A stretch of DNA of 64,000 bases from Perna viridis (lineage: Eukaryota), in NCBI GenBank assembly GCA_037379345.1, contig CM074513.1, forward strand, positions 32,360,885-32,424,884. Direction: 5' to 3'. Below the pieces are notes generated by a model. The model was not told the DNA's origin. It ran no database searches and was given only the letters and a program-made list of their open reading frames with translations. Position numbers and translations under genes: made by a program. Numbering within the stretch: the first letter of the stretch is position 1; each line of letters opens with the position of its first letter. Shown here in pieces: positions 26,077-37,017 of this stretch.

Positions 26077-27590
26077 ATGACAAAAATGGCAACGATCATG
26101 TGTCCATTTTATGTTCATTTCTAAGAGATCTTATTTCGATACAAATACGTGTTATTAAATAAATGAATATGCAGAAAATGTTTTCGTAAAATATAGTTAT
26201 CTGAAATAGAAGGGTTAGATGGTTAGACAGTGCTACATGTATTTATAAATCGAAATAAAATATATAAATCGCCTGAAAAACTTTGTTTTTCTGCCCTTTT
26301 AGTATTTTAATTCCCTAGTCCATTTTTTTTAAAATTCATTTGAAACTGAAGAAAAAACTGTGTCCAAAGCCTTTCCATCACTTATTTTGCTACACACACT
26401 ACAAATGTAACAAGTGTCGTAGCAAGTCGAGCGTTTCATTCACAACCGTATGAACATGTAAAGATATGTGACGTCGCCGAAGTAAAGTTTGACGTTACCG
26501 AAAAAGATCCCAAAAAATGTTAAGTATTCCCACTTTAGGAGAGCATGACGGATTAACGAGACCCGTTGTCAAGTGATTTTTTTATATCGATATATTTCCG
26601 ATACCATATCATATGATTGCATTCGAGTCGATCTTTCCGCATGCAAAATTTTAGACAAATTCTAGGACGCGATAATTACGCATCTCCAGCCTTAAATAAA
26701 GTAATCAAAATATTATAGAAGATATGAACAATAAATAAGTAAAAATAAAAAGAATTAAATACAATAAAAATGTAAATCAATGCTCGAGTTGAACTCTGTA
26801 GCGAAGGTGCGTAAAGTTCAAGATGTAATGATAGCATACACTTTCAAGTAAAAACTGCAGAAATTTAATTTGTTGACACTATGAAAATCCATCACCTATA
26901 ACTCCTTTGTCCGAAACAGAATAATTTTCAATAAGACTGTATGGATGTAGGAAATATTTATATACGAAATAACTGTTCCAAATTGATTAGATTCCTTACA
27001 ATAAAATTTCTAAAAGATTCCAGCAAAAATATTAATAATGGCTTTGTTTCGGGTTATTTGAATCGCAGACAGCAGATATATCGACATAAATGACGTCACG
27101 ATACCAAACCATTTTATACAAAATAACATTGTTTACTCAAATAGAGGCCGTCAATCAGAAAGCTTTTTACGAGTTAAATGGATTTATTTGAAAATAGCAA
27201 GAAATTATTGGGAAAATCTATATCATAATCGATTGATTAATGTAATTAACAATTGTAATTAACAAATGTAATTAACAAAAATATATCAAACACTATCTAC
27301 TCATTGAAAATACAAACTACGATTTTGCAAGATGACAGAAAAGAATGCTCCATGCAAATGCATTGATCAAACTTAAATCGTACATGGAACAAGTTCTGCA
27401 CACTTATTTAATCATGTTTTTCGACACTCGTAATACTTTTCCAGATGATCACATAAATCCTTTTCTTTGAGAAAGCTAAATTTTTGTCAGTAGTAATAAC
27501 AATTTTGATACTACATTATTCATATTAAAGGTTTGACAAATTTGGATATCAGACTGTTTTAAATTATTGCTGTAAAAGAAGCATAATTCA

Positions 27591-27766
27591 AAAAGTAATC
27601 AGAATGATTATGTTTAACGTACCCCCTAAATGTACATGTTGTCAAAGGTAGTCAGAATGATTATGTTAACGTAGGCCCTAAATGTACATGTTGTCAAAGG
27701 TAGTCAGAATGATTATGTTAACGTAGGCCCTAAATGTACATGTTGTCAAAGGTATCAGAATGATTA
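27591..27766. repeat. 52-bp minisatellite, ~3.3 copies
   Basis: gtagtcagaatgattatgttaacgtaggccctaaatgtacatgttgtcaaag units starting at 27595, 27648, 27700 and 27752. Confidence 0.95.
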
Positions 27767-27960
27767 CTTTTCATTTGAATCGAAAGTTATCCTGTCCTGT
27801 TAAAAGTAACTAGTGAATAAATACCAAAGATTTTCATCTTAAATGTATAATGACAATGGTAATATAATGTTACCTTTTCCTTAAATTAATGCCAGCGCAA
27901 TGGTTAAGTATCGTCTTCATCTTTAACTAGATATTCAACTATAATGTTGTTTACCTACAA

Positions 27961-27989
27961 CGCGTTAAACCCCAACAATCAATCAATCA
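27961..27989 (+). mobile_element. 29-bp extreme 5'-truncated SINE/LINE tail with 8-bp TSD
   Basis: CGCGTTAAACCCCAACAATCAATCAATCA flanked by ACCTACAA at 27953-27960 and 27990-27997; same tail as the element ending at 29201. Confidence 0.85.
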
Positions 27990-28693
27990 ACCTACAAAGC
28001 GGGAAAATTGTAGCTTTAGCGAATGATTTTCACTTAAATTTTCGGATCGAGTTGCTAAATTAAATAGTTAAGAAATAAGGAATCATTACGTCTTCATTTT
28101 TCACCGTTCAGGTAAAAACAAAAACAAAAAAAAAAACAGCTGATTATTAGTCGTCATATAACGGTTCTTACTTTGGACCTTATCTTATTCAAAATAAGCC
28201 GTCTCTGCGAAATTACGCTTTTCATATCGGAACTTGGTTTTACGTCATACATCAACCAATACAATAATTGCTCCCGATTTTAGCAGTAAGTGGATCTAAT
28301 CTGCTGACTGAACACTCTACAATCACTCTGAAATCTAGAAATCAATTGAGAAAATTGGCAATAAAATATTGTCCTTTAGAAATAGGATCTTATCGAGAGT
28401 AATTTTTAATCATAACACGTTATTTAGAATTCCAATTATGGACTACCGATATTTTTTAATCTACAAAACAGGAAATGGTCGTTAATGGGGTGTATTATTT
28501 GATAAAAAATGTGCTCATATTACTTCAATACGGAGCACTGGTATTCACACTGTATATGACCCTTGGCTGTTTAATGTTGGCTTTGTTTTGGGCAGTCATA
28601 TATTGTCTTTTTGAATTAATGTAAAGTTGAAGAACAGTACGTTTAGCTTGCTCTTGGTCTAAATTTGTATTAGTTTTACTATGTATTCTCCAG

Positions 28694-29201
28694 CCCCGTG
28701 CAGGTCCGGGTGTTAAAAGAATAGGCCTGCAGCAGCGCTAAGCTTGTCGTATAAGGCGACTAAATAGTGCTCAGAAACCTAGCCGGGGGTTAGGCGCTCT
28801 GCCCACAGAGCAACTGGAATGTGTGCCCCAGGTGGTGGAATGAGGTACCCCTGGCGTGTTACATGCTAGGGTTGTCAGGCTATAATACGGAAAACCTAAC
28901 CGCAAACCATAGTGGTGCACCGTGTTGGGAAAGATGCCACGTTCCTCGCACGTTAAAGAACCCTGCTGTGGTATTCGATAGGAGTAGGAACCTTTGCGCT
29001 CCGCCACAGGAGGCTAAATTGCCCGACCTTACCCATCCCCCCTTTTTCCAGTGGCAATCAAAATTTGTCGACCCTATTATCGTTGTGTCCCATCTTTTTT
29101 TTTTCATTTCATGTTCATTTTATCATCCATTTCATGTTCATCGTCTGAATATAGCTGAAATATTGCTGCTCGGACGTTAAACCCCAACAAACAAACAAAC
29201 A
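28694..29201 (+). mobile_element. 508-bp SINE-like non-autonomous retroelement with structured non-tRNA head, Nin/Deu-like core and (CAAA)n tail
   Basis: TCCAG TSD at 28689-28693 and 29202-29206; GCACGTTAAAGAACCC core hallmark; tail GGACGTTAAACCCC(AACA)n; GC-rich relative to flanks. Confidence 0.85.
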
Positions 29202-29274
29202 TCCAGGCCGCAAATCCTCTCGGGAATCAGTGGTAAAGGCGTGCCAAAGGGTACTTATGTACATTTTTTAAATG

Positions 29275-30803
29275 TTTTTAGCTCACCTGGCCGGAGGTGT
29301 TATCATGCATACCCGTGCTTGTTACTTTTGCTTGTGCTGTAATCCGCGATGGATATACACTTGTATTTTTTTAAAGTACTGCTTGAAGAAAATTGTTAAA
29401 TATCTTGAATGTGTGGTTCTACTAACGGATTTTGTTTCCTTTATACATTTTTGTACACTTTTAAACTTTTATGATGCAGTATCATCTCCTCTGAAACTAC
29501 TTGACAAATTAGAACCAAACCGTGTATGAATGTTTTTAGGGGATTCTGCATAGAACTGCTGTGGGGAATTCTGATCTGTCGAAAAAACATGGCCACCGTT
29601 ACTAAAAATAGAACATAGGGGTCAGACAGAAATTCTTCGCATGTATCTCCAAAACCGTTAGGTTTACCCAAATTCAGACTGGAGTAAAAGTGTTCAGCAC
29701 GGTGATATCTATCTGTGGTCAAATTGTCGTTTTAATCTGCTATAAGTCATATTGGAGTTATTGCCCCTTTTCGACGTTTTTTTCCCTATTTTTAATGTTA
29801 TTTCTTTCAAAAGTCTTCTCTGAAACTACTGGACCAATCAAAATCAAACTTGGTATGATTATTTCTTAGGATGCTCTGCAAAGAAATGATGTGGGGTTAT
29901 TTGATCTGTCGAAAAACATGGCCGACGTTACTAAAAATGTAACATAGGGGTCAGACAGAAGTTTTTCGCATATATCTCCGAAACTGTTTGGTTTAGCAAA
30001 ATTCTGACATAGGATTAAAGTGTTCAGAATGATGAAATCTATCTGTGGTCAACTTTTCATTTAATCTGTTAAGCCATGTTGGAGTTATTGCCCTTTTTCG
30101 ACGTTTTTTTTCCATATTTTTAATGTTATTTCTTTCAAATATCGTCTCCTCTGAACCTACTGGACCAATCAGAATCAAACAGTATGAATGTTCCTTCGGA
30201 TGTTCAGCATAGAAATGAAGTGGGGATTTTTGATCTGTCGAAAAACATTGCCGCCGTTACTAAAAATAGGACATAGGAGTCAGACATAAGTTTTTCGCAT
30301 ATATCTCCAAAATCGTTAGGTATAACCAGATTGTATTAATGTTGATGTTCTTCATTATAAGGTTTACAAAAGTCAAAGTTGTCGGATTACTTCTTTCTAG
30401 AGTTTTTGGCCTTGAAAGGTGAAAAATGTGTGTGTGTGTGTTTTTTTTTAATTTTCAGCCAATATCTTGAAAACTGTGATTAATAGAAAGAAACTTTAAA
30501 TTGCTGAAATGATCCTTATGATAAGGCCTACAAAACGTTTGTGGAGATACAAGTTGTTTGACGGCTTTGTTAGAGTAATTGCCCTTAGCAGGCGCAAATG
30601 ATGTTTTAGCAGTTTTCAGCCAATATCTTGAAAATTATAATAGATATATAGGAAGAAACTTTCAATTGATGATATGATCCTTCTGATAAGTCCTACCAAA
30701 ATCTTCATTAAATCAAAATTGTGGGACAACTTGTTTGAGTTATTGCCCTTGAAAGGCAACAAATTAACCAAGTGAGCGATTCAGGCATCTGGGAGCCTCT
30801 TGT
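29275..30803 (+). mobile_element. Non-autonomous Helentron-like (HINE) element with ~330-bp internal tandem units
   Basis: TTTTTAGCTCACCTGG start; aaaaacatKgccNNcgttactaaaaat at ~29582, ~29912 and ~30241; end GTGAGCGATTCAGGC...GGGAGCCTCTTGT. Confidence 0.85.
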
Positions 30804-32194
30804 TTTTTTTGTTCGTGTGCAAAAACATCCCACTGTCTTTATTTTACGCAGATTTTGACTTAAACGTATGTGATTTCAGTTATTTGTCATGTTAACCCGC
30901 CTTTCTTGGTTTTGTTTTTCCCAGTATTGTTTAATATCTAAAATGGTCCCATTTCCACTTGGTACATGTATATTGTATTTATAACTTCTCGATTATCGAG
31001 GTTCAATCTAATAAAACTTGCTATAATCATTTTTTTTAATGTGTACACTTTTGTCGGATGTAAAATGAAAGAAAGTGTGATAGAAAATACCAGTTTTATT
31101 TTCCTCTTCACCTAAACTTTGTTAGGTCTCCTACCATACTTTTGATCTAGACTGTTATATTCTAGTATCACCGTTACATGCTGAAACCCATTACGTACCA
31201 CTTCTAAATATTGTGCTAGATTTGATATGGTTTGCCGATTACTCGACCGAAAACAGCGCTGTTCCTATCCCAGGTTCATTAGCGGCACAAGACAAGCACT
31301 GTTCAAAATAACGGTATAGAAACCTTTTCATAAATAACTTTGTTTTTTAATGATTTCGTATTTCACAGAATAAAACATAAGTGCTATATACAGAATTTAT
31401 CTGTAGAAAAACAAAACGTTTTTAATCCTGCAATTGTACCTGCTCAATGCATGTTCTCATTTTTTTAGGTTAATCAGGTCTTTTCTTACAGATGATATAT
31501 GTACTAGTATGTGTTTTATTTTTACTTTCTCCCATTTTTACGTTTGACAATTTTGAATATTAGTATTTTCAATATGATTTCCCGACGGTCTGACTTTTTC
31601 TTAGTTTAGCAAGTAACAAACGCCGGTATTCCATGCTGTAGTATTTTTTTTCTGTAGAGATATTGGTGAATAAATATAGCACTCAAATAAGAAATGGTAA
31701 AATATCGATAAAACAAAATGAAAATCCATTGACATAAAGTCAGGACTACCAAAGTGTCAAAAGCGTAAAAAAAAATAAACTCAGTTGTTCTAGGTTGAGC
31801 AGTTCCTGACATCCGTCGTACAGCTGATTGAAGACCATATTTGACTGGTGGGGCTAAATTGTTAATGATATTGGAAACGGAAATTCCTTATCACAGTGAA
31901 AACGAAATGCACATAACCAACCAGACATGACTAGTAAAGTCCTTCGGTCCGTTAAAATGGATTTTTAGATATATGATCAGGTAATTCTCGAAAAAAAATT
32001 TGTGTACACTGTGATATAGGTCAATCAAATCATGGCGACGATCGTAGAGCTTTTGAACTGTTGGTAATATATTTTTTGGTCAGTAGCTTTTGTATAAGAC
32101 GCTGAGCCCTATGTAGAAATTTAATATCTTGGGTCTTGATTTCTAGCAAAGCAAATGAGTTGAGAGACGAGGAAACTCTGTTATCACGCTTATT

Positions 32195-32800
32195 TCCTCA
32201 GTTATCGTTGATTGGATGGAAAAAACAAAAATGACAATAAGAGGTATTCAAATGACATTCACTGCTAAGATCGAAGGCCTTGACTTTGTCGGTGATGTGA
32301 GCCTTCTATCTAATCAACCAATATAACAAAAAAATCAGCTTTTACAACAGTAAAATTAAAGGCTTTGAAATCAATACCAACAGAACAAATCTCACAGGCT
32401 CGATGCTCAGAAAATATCCACCATGATTCCCGACTAAAGTGAATTAAAGTTGTCAGTAGCTTTCCTTACATTGAAAGTAGTGTCTTAGAGAACGACCGTG
32501 CTGATGAAGACATCCCGGCAAGATTAGGAAACTAAAGCTAGACATGTATTTGCAATTCAAAGGCTGTATTAGGGGAGTATAAACATTGCGTCAGAATCGA
32601 CTATGAACATGAAGAATCTTCAAAACAAATGTCAGGTCATTACTTCTCTATAAACCACAGACCCGAATATAAACCAAAGAAAACAAAACTTGATTTTCAG
32701 ATATTCATTCCATATCCTTAACATCAGAAGGCCAAAAATAGAATAATTCCAAATCTGTAACTTTTGGAGCACATTAATAAAACCGGTATATCTGATATCA
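32195..32800 (+). pseudogene. Highly decayed RTE-clade LINE reverse-transcriptase fragment
   Basis: VIVDWM...RGIQMTFTAKIEGLDFVGDVSLLS resembles RGIQW...LEDLDFADD; FPYIESSV...ADEDIPARLG and ILNIRRP also resemble RTE RT; many frameshifts. Confidence 0.7.
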
Positions 32801-34665
32801 TGAAGCACAACTTAAATCAAAGTACTAATGTACTGAATCAATTTATATCGATTGTTTGAATTTTTACGCCTCAAATAATCGTCAAATTGCATTCTGATTA
32901 CGAAGGACATTTACAAAAAGAACACACCAATTGCATAATGCATTGATGCAGTGTGCCACTACGTAATATCCAGGTTCAATGACGGTAAATACAGGGAACA
33001 CCTAGATAAATGAACACAAAACTCTCCAAAATACTACGTAATTGAACTACACACTACTAGTTGGCCTTTTCCGGTTTCTAAATATTTTCTAGTCGAATTT
33101 TAATTTATCGTCCTCCAGGTCGAAACAGTCTGTCGAATCATCCAAACTTAAGCCCCCACAATCATTGAAATAAATCGTGTCCTTAGATACATGTCCCTCT
33201 CCACTAGCTACATTCCTCAGTTGATGAGCTTTATAGCTCTAGTGCTACAAGTTATCGCATAGACATCTATGTGTCATTTAAAGTGCTTAGTTTCTTAGGC
33301 ATCTAGTTCCAGGCACACGTACATTGACATAAACGCCAAAGTCTTAGAATACAATTTCAACAATTATGTACGTTGCCCGACAACTCTAGACATGCACTGG
33401 AGCACCGGCAGCTCTATAATCTTGCTACATTACACATGGCCAAAATAGCCCAATAGAAGGATTATTAAAAGAAGCAATATCATCAGACCACAGACTGACA
33501 CCATTCCCGATAAATTCATCATCGAAATGCCTATGCCATCGTTTAAGCAAAATTTAATTTTTTATTTGTCATCTCCGGGCTTCCGATTTCACGAGGCGGA
33601 AACCGTAATAAAAATACATGACACTGTGCGTGATGGTTTCGGTGATTATGCTACTCTTTTGTAAAAGACAGCAAAAAAAAAATGAGTGGAAAATGATAGC
33701 ATGGAACCCCTTTCATTATAAAAGTTTCTTGATCGGAACCACTGCTCTCTTTTTGTAAGTATATTTGAATCCCAGGGCCTGGATGAAATATCAGAATGTA
33801 GCTAAAGCATTTCGACTATTTATAGTCTCGCAGGGTGTTCATTTCTATCTGTAGTATGCGTCGAAAAATAAATAGAAAACTTGAATATATTGACAGTGAA
33901 CAACTGATTGCATAGGAATAAACAGGTACTGATAAGAGATTAGAGGTCAACTATTTTTAATTGGATCGTTGTTAATACATATGTACAATCCTAATTACTA
34001 GTAATCAGCATAGTTAAGTTCGCAGAAAAAGTTGTTTATTGAGTGTTTATTGGCGTAAATAACGTGGAATTAAATTTTATATATTAGAAATACCTATAAA
34101 ATGGACCTATCGGTCTGCATTTGAACATAACTGAGGTATGCCAATGGGACTATTTTATTGCGGTAGTGTAAGATAATTGCAGATGCTATCAGGCTTTACA
34201 AATCTAAAGGCTCTGGCGACTGCTATATTAATTCTGATCTTCGATATAAATTGATAAAAAGCTGTGGAAATGGCACATCTTAACGTCACCCAGTTAATAC
34301 TACAAAAAAAAAGCAATCGGCTGGAATCCATGAATGAAGGGGAGAAATGTCGATAACCACCTGGAAATGGACTTAATAGACTTAGCTTAGAGCATCTTTA
34401 CCAAAATGGGGTGACACAAGTGTTGGATAGTTAAAGGAGTGTTGTGGAAACCCTACTATGTCTTTCTATGGTATAAATGAAAAACATTTGAAGCTGAGAA
34501 AATTCATGACTCAGGATAATACTTTAACAGCATCTAAGGTCCTATTAATATTTTTACATGAGTTTAGAATTGAAAACAGTATTTTATTATATTAAACAAA
34601 TATTGATAACATAGAACCAATTATACGTTAATACCCAATCACCAATTTTTTGACAAGACGAACCC

Positions 34666-35913
34666 TCATGGCATTAATTTATCATTTTCGGTCTCCCTGA
34701 GATGTGTATACAGTCTCATTTGGTCTTTAGCCAGTGTCACAATACCAGAAAGATCTATTCGATCGTCGGGGATACGAAGATACCGACATTTGTACATATC
34801 TTTCCACAACTCTCCCAACTTTTTCTGGTATGCCTCGTCGTTTGGAAATGCTCTCATTTCCAGTGGGGTTCTATGTGGAAGTAGCTTTTTTCTCTTTTTA
34901 GAATTAGCACTCTGCACTCGTTCCTCTAAATCTGGAGGCCCATCCAATGCATTTGAAACATTTATTATCGGTATCGCTTCTTCGTCTAAACGTGCTATTG
35001 GATTATCTTTAAGATAGTCTCTCAGTCTACCAAGGAAATCCTTGGTCTTAGATTCAATGTCTTGATATGTCACTTTTTCTTCTTCTAGAAGTTCCTGTCT
35101 ACGTTCCTCGAAAAGATCTTCACCCAAATTACTCTCAATATCATCTGACATAAACGGAGTTTTTATATCACTTTGTGGCGGATTACTTCTCTGTTCCTTC
35201 TCTGTCGCGGAATGAGATGAGTAAGGTGAGTGAGATGGCATAGAAGATTTTCCGCGCTGAGATGATTTAGTCTCACTCCTCGACACAGATTTTTCTCTCA
35301 CAATCGGATTTGCGGTTATTGCACGTTCTATTTTATTGTTTTCATTGTTTTCCCGATTCCTGTCCGGAACACATGTATGATTAGCAACACTAATCGGTCT
35401 CATTGCAGGACCACTTATGGAGTTTCTTCGTTCGCCGTTTGCGTCGTCTGGTATATCAATAAATACACCAGTGACGGAATTACTCCTTTTAAGAGTAAAG
35501 GGTACAGTTTGATGCCTTGTAAACGAAATTTCTGAATGTTCGCGTGACGGAAGTGCTGGTAATGTAGTTAATGGTCTAGGTGTTGACTGAAGTTTAAGTC
35601 TCTTAGCTGCCGCTGCTATTTTTAAAGCACTGCCAAGATTGACGGTATTGCTAGTGTTCTTTAATTTGCCGTCTGCTTCAAGTTGTTTTAAATTTACGAT
35701 TTCATCAGTTGTGAGATGAGATTTTATTCTTGAAACTTTGTCTTTTAATCTTTTATATGACAGCTTTATTCCTCTGTGGTCTAGGTTGATGAGTTTCATT
35801 GAGTATGTCTTTTCTAAATCCAATGTTTGCATATTCTTTTCCAGGCACCGTTTCTCCTTTACATTGTGGGCCATTGCCGTTACCTCTTTGTCTATTTTCC
35901 TCCGTCCTGGCAT
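34666..35913 (-). CDS. Uncharacterised 415-aa protein: N-terminal coiled coil, S/R-rich disordered middle, C-terminal LWKDMYKCRYLR motif (possibly CCDC190-like)
   Basis: 1248-bp open ORF with AAAATG start context; splice acceptor ttgcag at 35980-35985; minus-strand AATAAA at 34583-34588. Confidence 0.85.
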   Translation of the reverse strand: MPGRRKIDKEVTAMAHNVKEKRCLEKNMQTLDLEKTYSMKLINLDHRGIKLSYKRLKDKVSRIKSHLTTDEIVNLKQLEADGKLKNTSNTVNLGSALKIAAAAKRLKLQSTPRPLTTLPALPSREHSEISFTRHQTVPFTLKRSNSVTGVFIDIPDDANGERRNSISGPAMRPISVANHTCVPDRNRENNENNKIERAITANPIVREKSVSRSETKSSQRGKSSMPSHSPYSSHSATEKEQRSNPPQSDIKTPFMSDDIESNLGEDLFEERRQELLEEEKVTYQDIESKTKDFLGRLRDYLKDNPIARLDEEAIPIINVSNALDGPPDLEERVQSANSKKRKKLLPHRTPLEMRAFPNDEAYQKKLGELWKDMYKCRYLRIPDDRIDLSGIVTLAKDQMRLYTHLRETENDKLMP

Positions 35914-36800
35914 TTTGTTTGACAGTAAGATTGTATTAAATTTACATGTATATTAGAATTTCGTGTCACTTTATATTACCTGCAAATATACATTGAAGAT
36001 ATATTGACAACAGCGTATAGTATCATTACCTAGCATATGACATTCAGGTAACCATAATTTATCAAGAAAATAAAATCTTTTAAATCTGACACATATATAG
36101 AAAGAGTTTCTATATAATTACTTATTGTCCTTGCTCTAGAAAATTCCTTTAACAAATTTGAGAAAGATTCATTATGTCCCAACAAATAGTTAAATCCTAC
36201 GGATAGATTAGTGTGTCAGAACGGAAATATAGTTATTATTGGAACATATTGATCGATATGTGTCCCCTCTCGTGTAGATATGGACAATAAACACATTTCA
36301 AAATCATTATTACTTTCTCTTTTCTCTTGAGTGTGTGTCTTCAAAGGCTTTAACCGAAATTAACCCCTGTTTAAATAGTCCATGGTGCATTCTAGTCGAT
36401 ACAAATCAAACAGCCTAGATTTATCTCCGAGTGTGAATTTTAATATATGCCTCTTTTAGATAATAATGGGGTAATCCATTCCTTTATAGAAAATTCAATA
36501 ATTATTTTCATTTTGAACTTATACTTAAGCTAGACAAGTTCGTTTTGAAGTGCAACATCGTTAGTTACTAGATTATTAAGAAGTGGTGTTTTCTTGGTTT
36601 CTGTTGGTGGTTGACTAAATATTTATATAGATTATGAACTGGAATAACCCTCTCAAACTATTAAAGTGAAAGTGCTAACAGAACAGTCAACTTAAATAAA
36701 AGTTCATTCGAAACATTGTAAGTTTCTGATTACTTAGGCAAATCTGACTTGTAAGACCACGTCTTTAATTGAGTTGTTTGTAATGTCTGTTATGTTCGAA

Positions 36801-37017
36801 AGAGTAATCAAAGGAACCAAGGTTATAGCGGTAATCAAAAGAATGCAATCCAGGGACAAAGACCTGACATGGAAAACAGACATACACAACAAAGAACATA
36901 AAGTAACTAAAATCATACAAAGTAACAAAAGCAAATGAGCAACTCAGAATCCACTAAAAACTGGGAGCACGGACCAGGTGCACCGGTAGGATAAGCGTCC
37001 TCTGCTTGTCTAGGAAC
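36801..37017 (-). mobile_element. 3' terminal fragment of Naiad-type Penelope-like element
   Basis: Near-identical to 9494-9715 and the reverse complement of ~55550-55770. Confidence 0.85.

Larger units (their letters stand above)
22939..26691 (+). mobile_element. Decayed, internally deleted Kolobok-like DNA transposon
   Basis: TTAA at 22935-22938 and 26692-26695; imperfect TIR AGCTGCACATATG vs GGCTGGAGATGCG (8/13); encloses transposase and exonuclease remnants. The left boundary is less certain. Confidence 0.6.

Noticed and set aside
27591-27766. CRISPR-like array (also 40066-40262 and 55735-56087)
   Set aside because: Tandem repeats without unique spacers, in a eukaryotic context with no cas genes.
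28771-29180. Overlapping 75-119 aa ORFs on both strands
   Set aside because: By-product of the GC-rich SINE-like element; no recognisable protein motif.
33040-33550. Possible SWIM zinc-finger/transposon remnant on the minus strand (SCRC...CTCAWN)
   Set aside because: Too degenerate to reconstruct a frame by eye.
34702-35956. Plus-strand ORFs overlapping the 415-aa gene
   Set aside because: Antisense shadows of the real minus-strand CDS.
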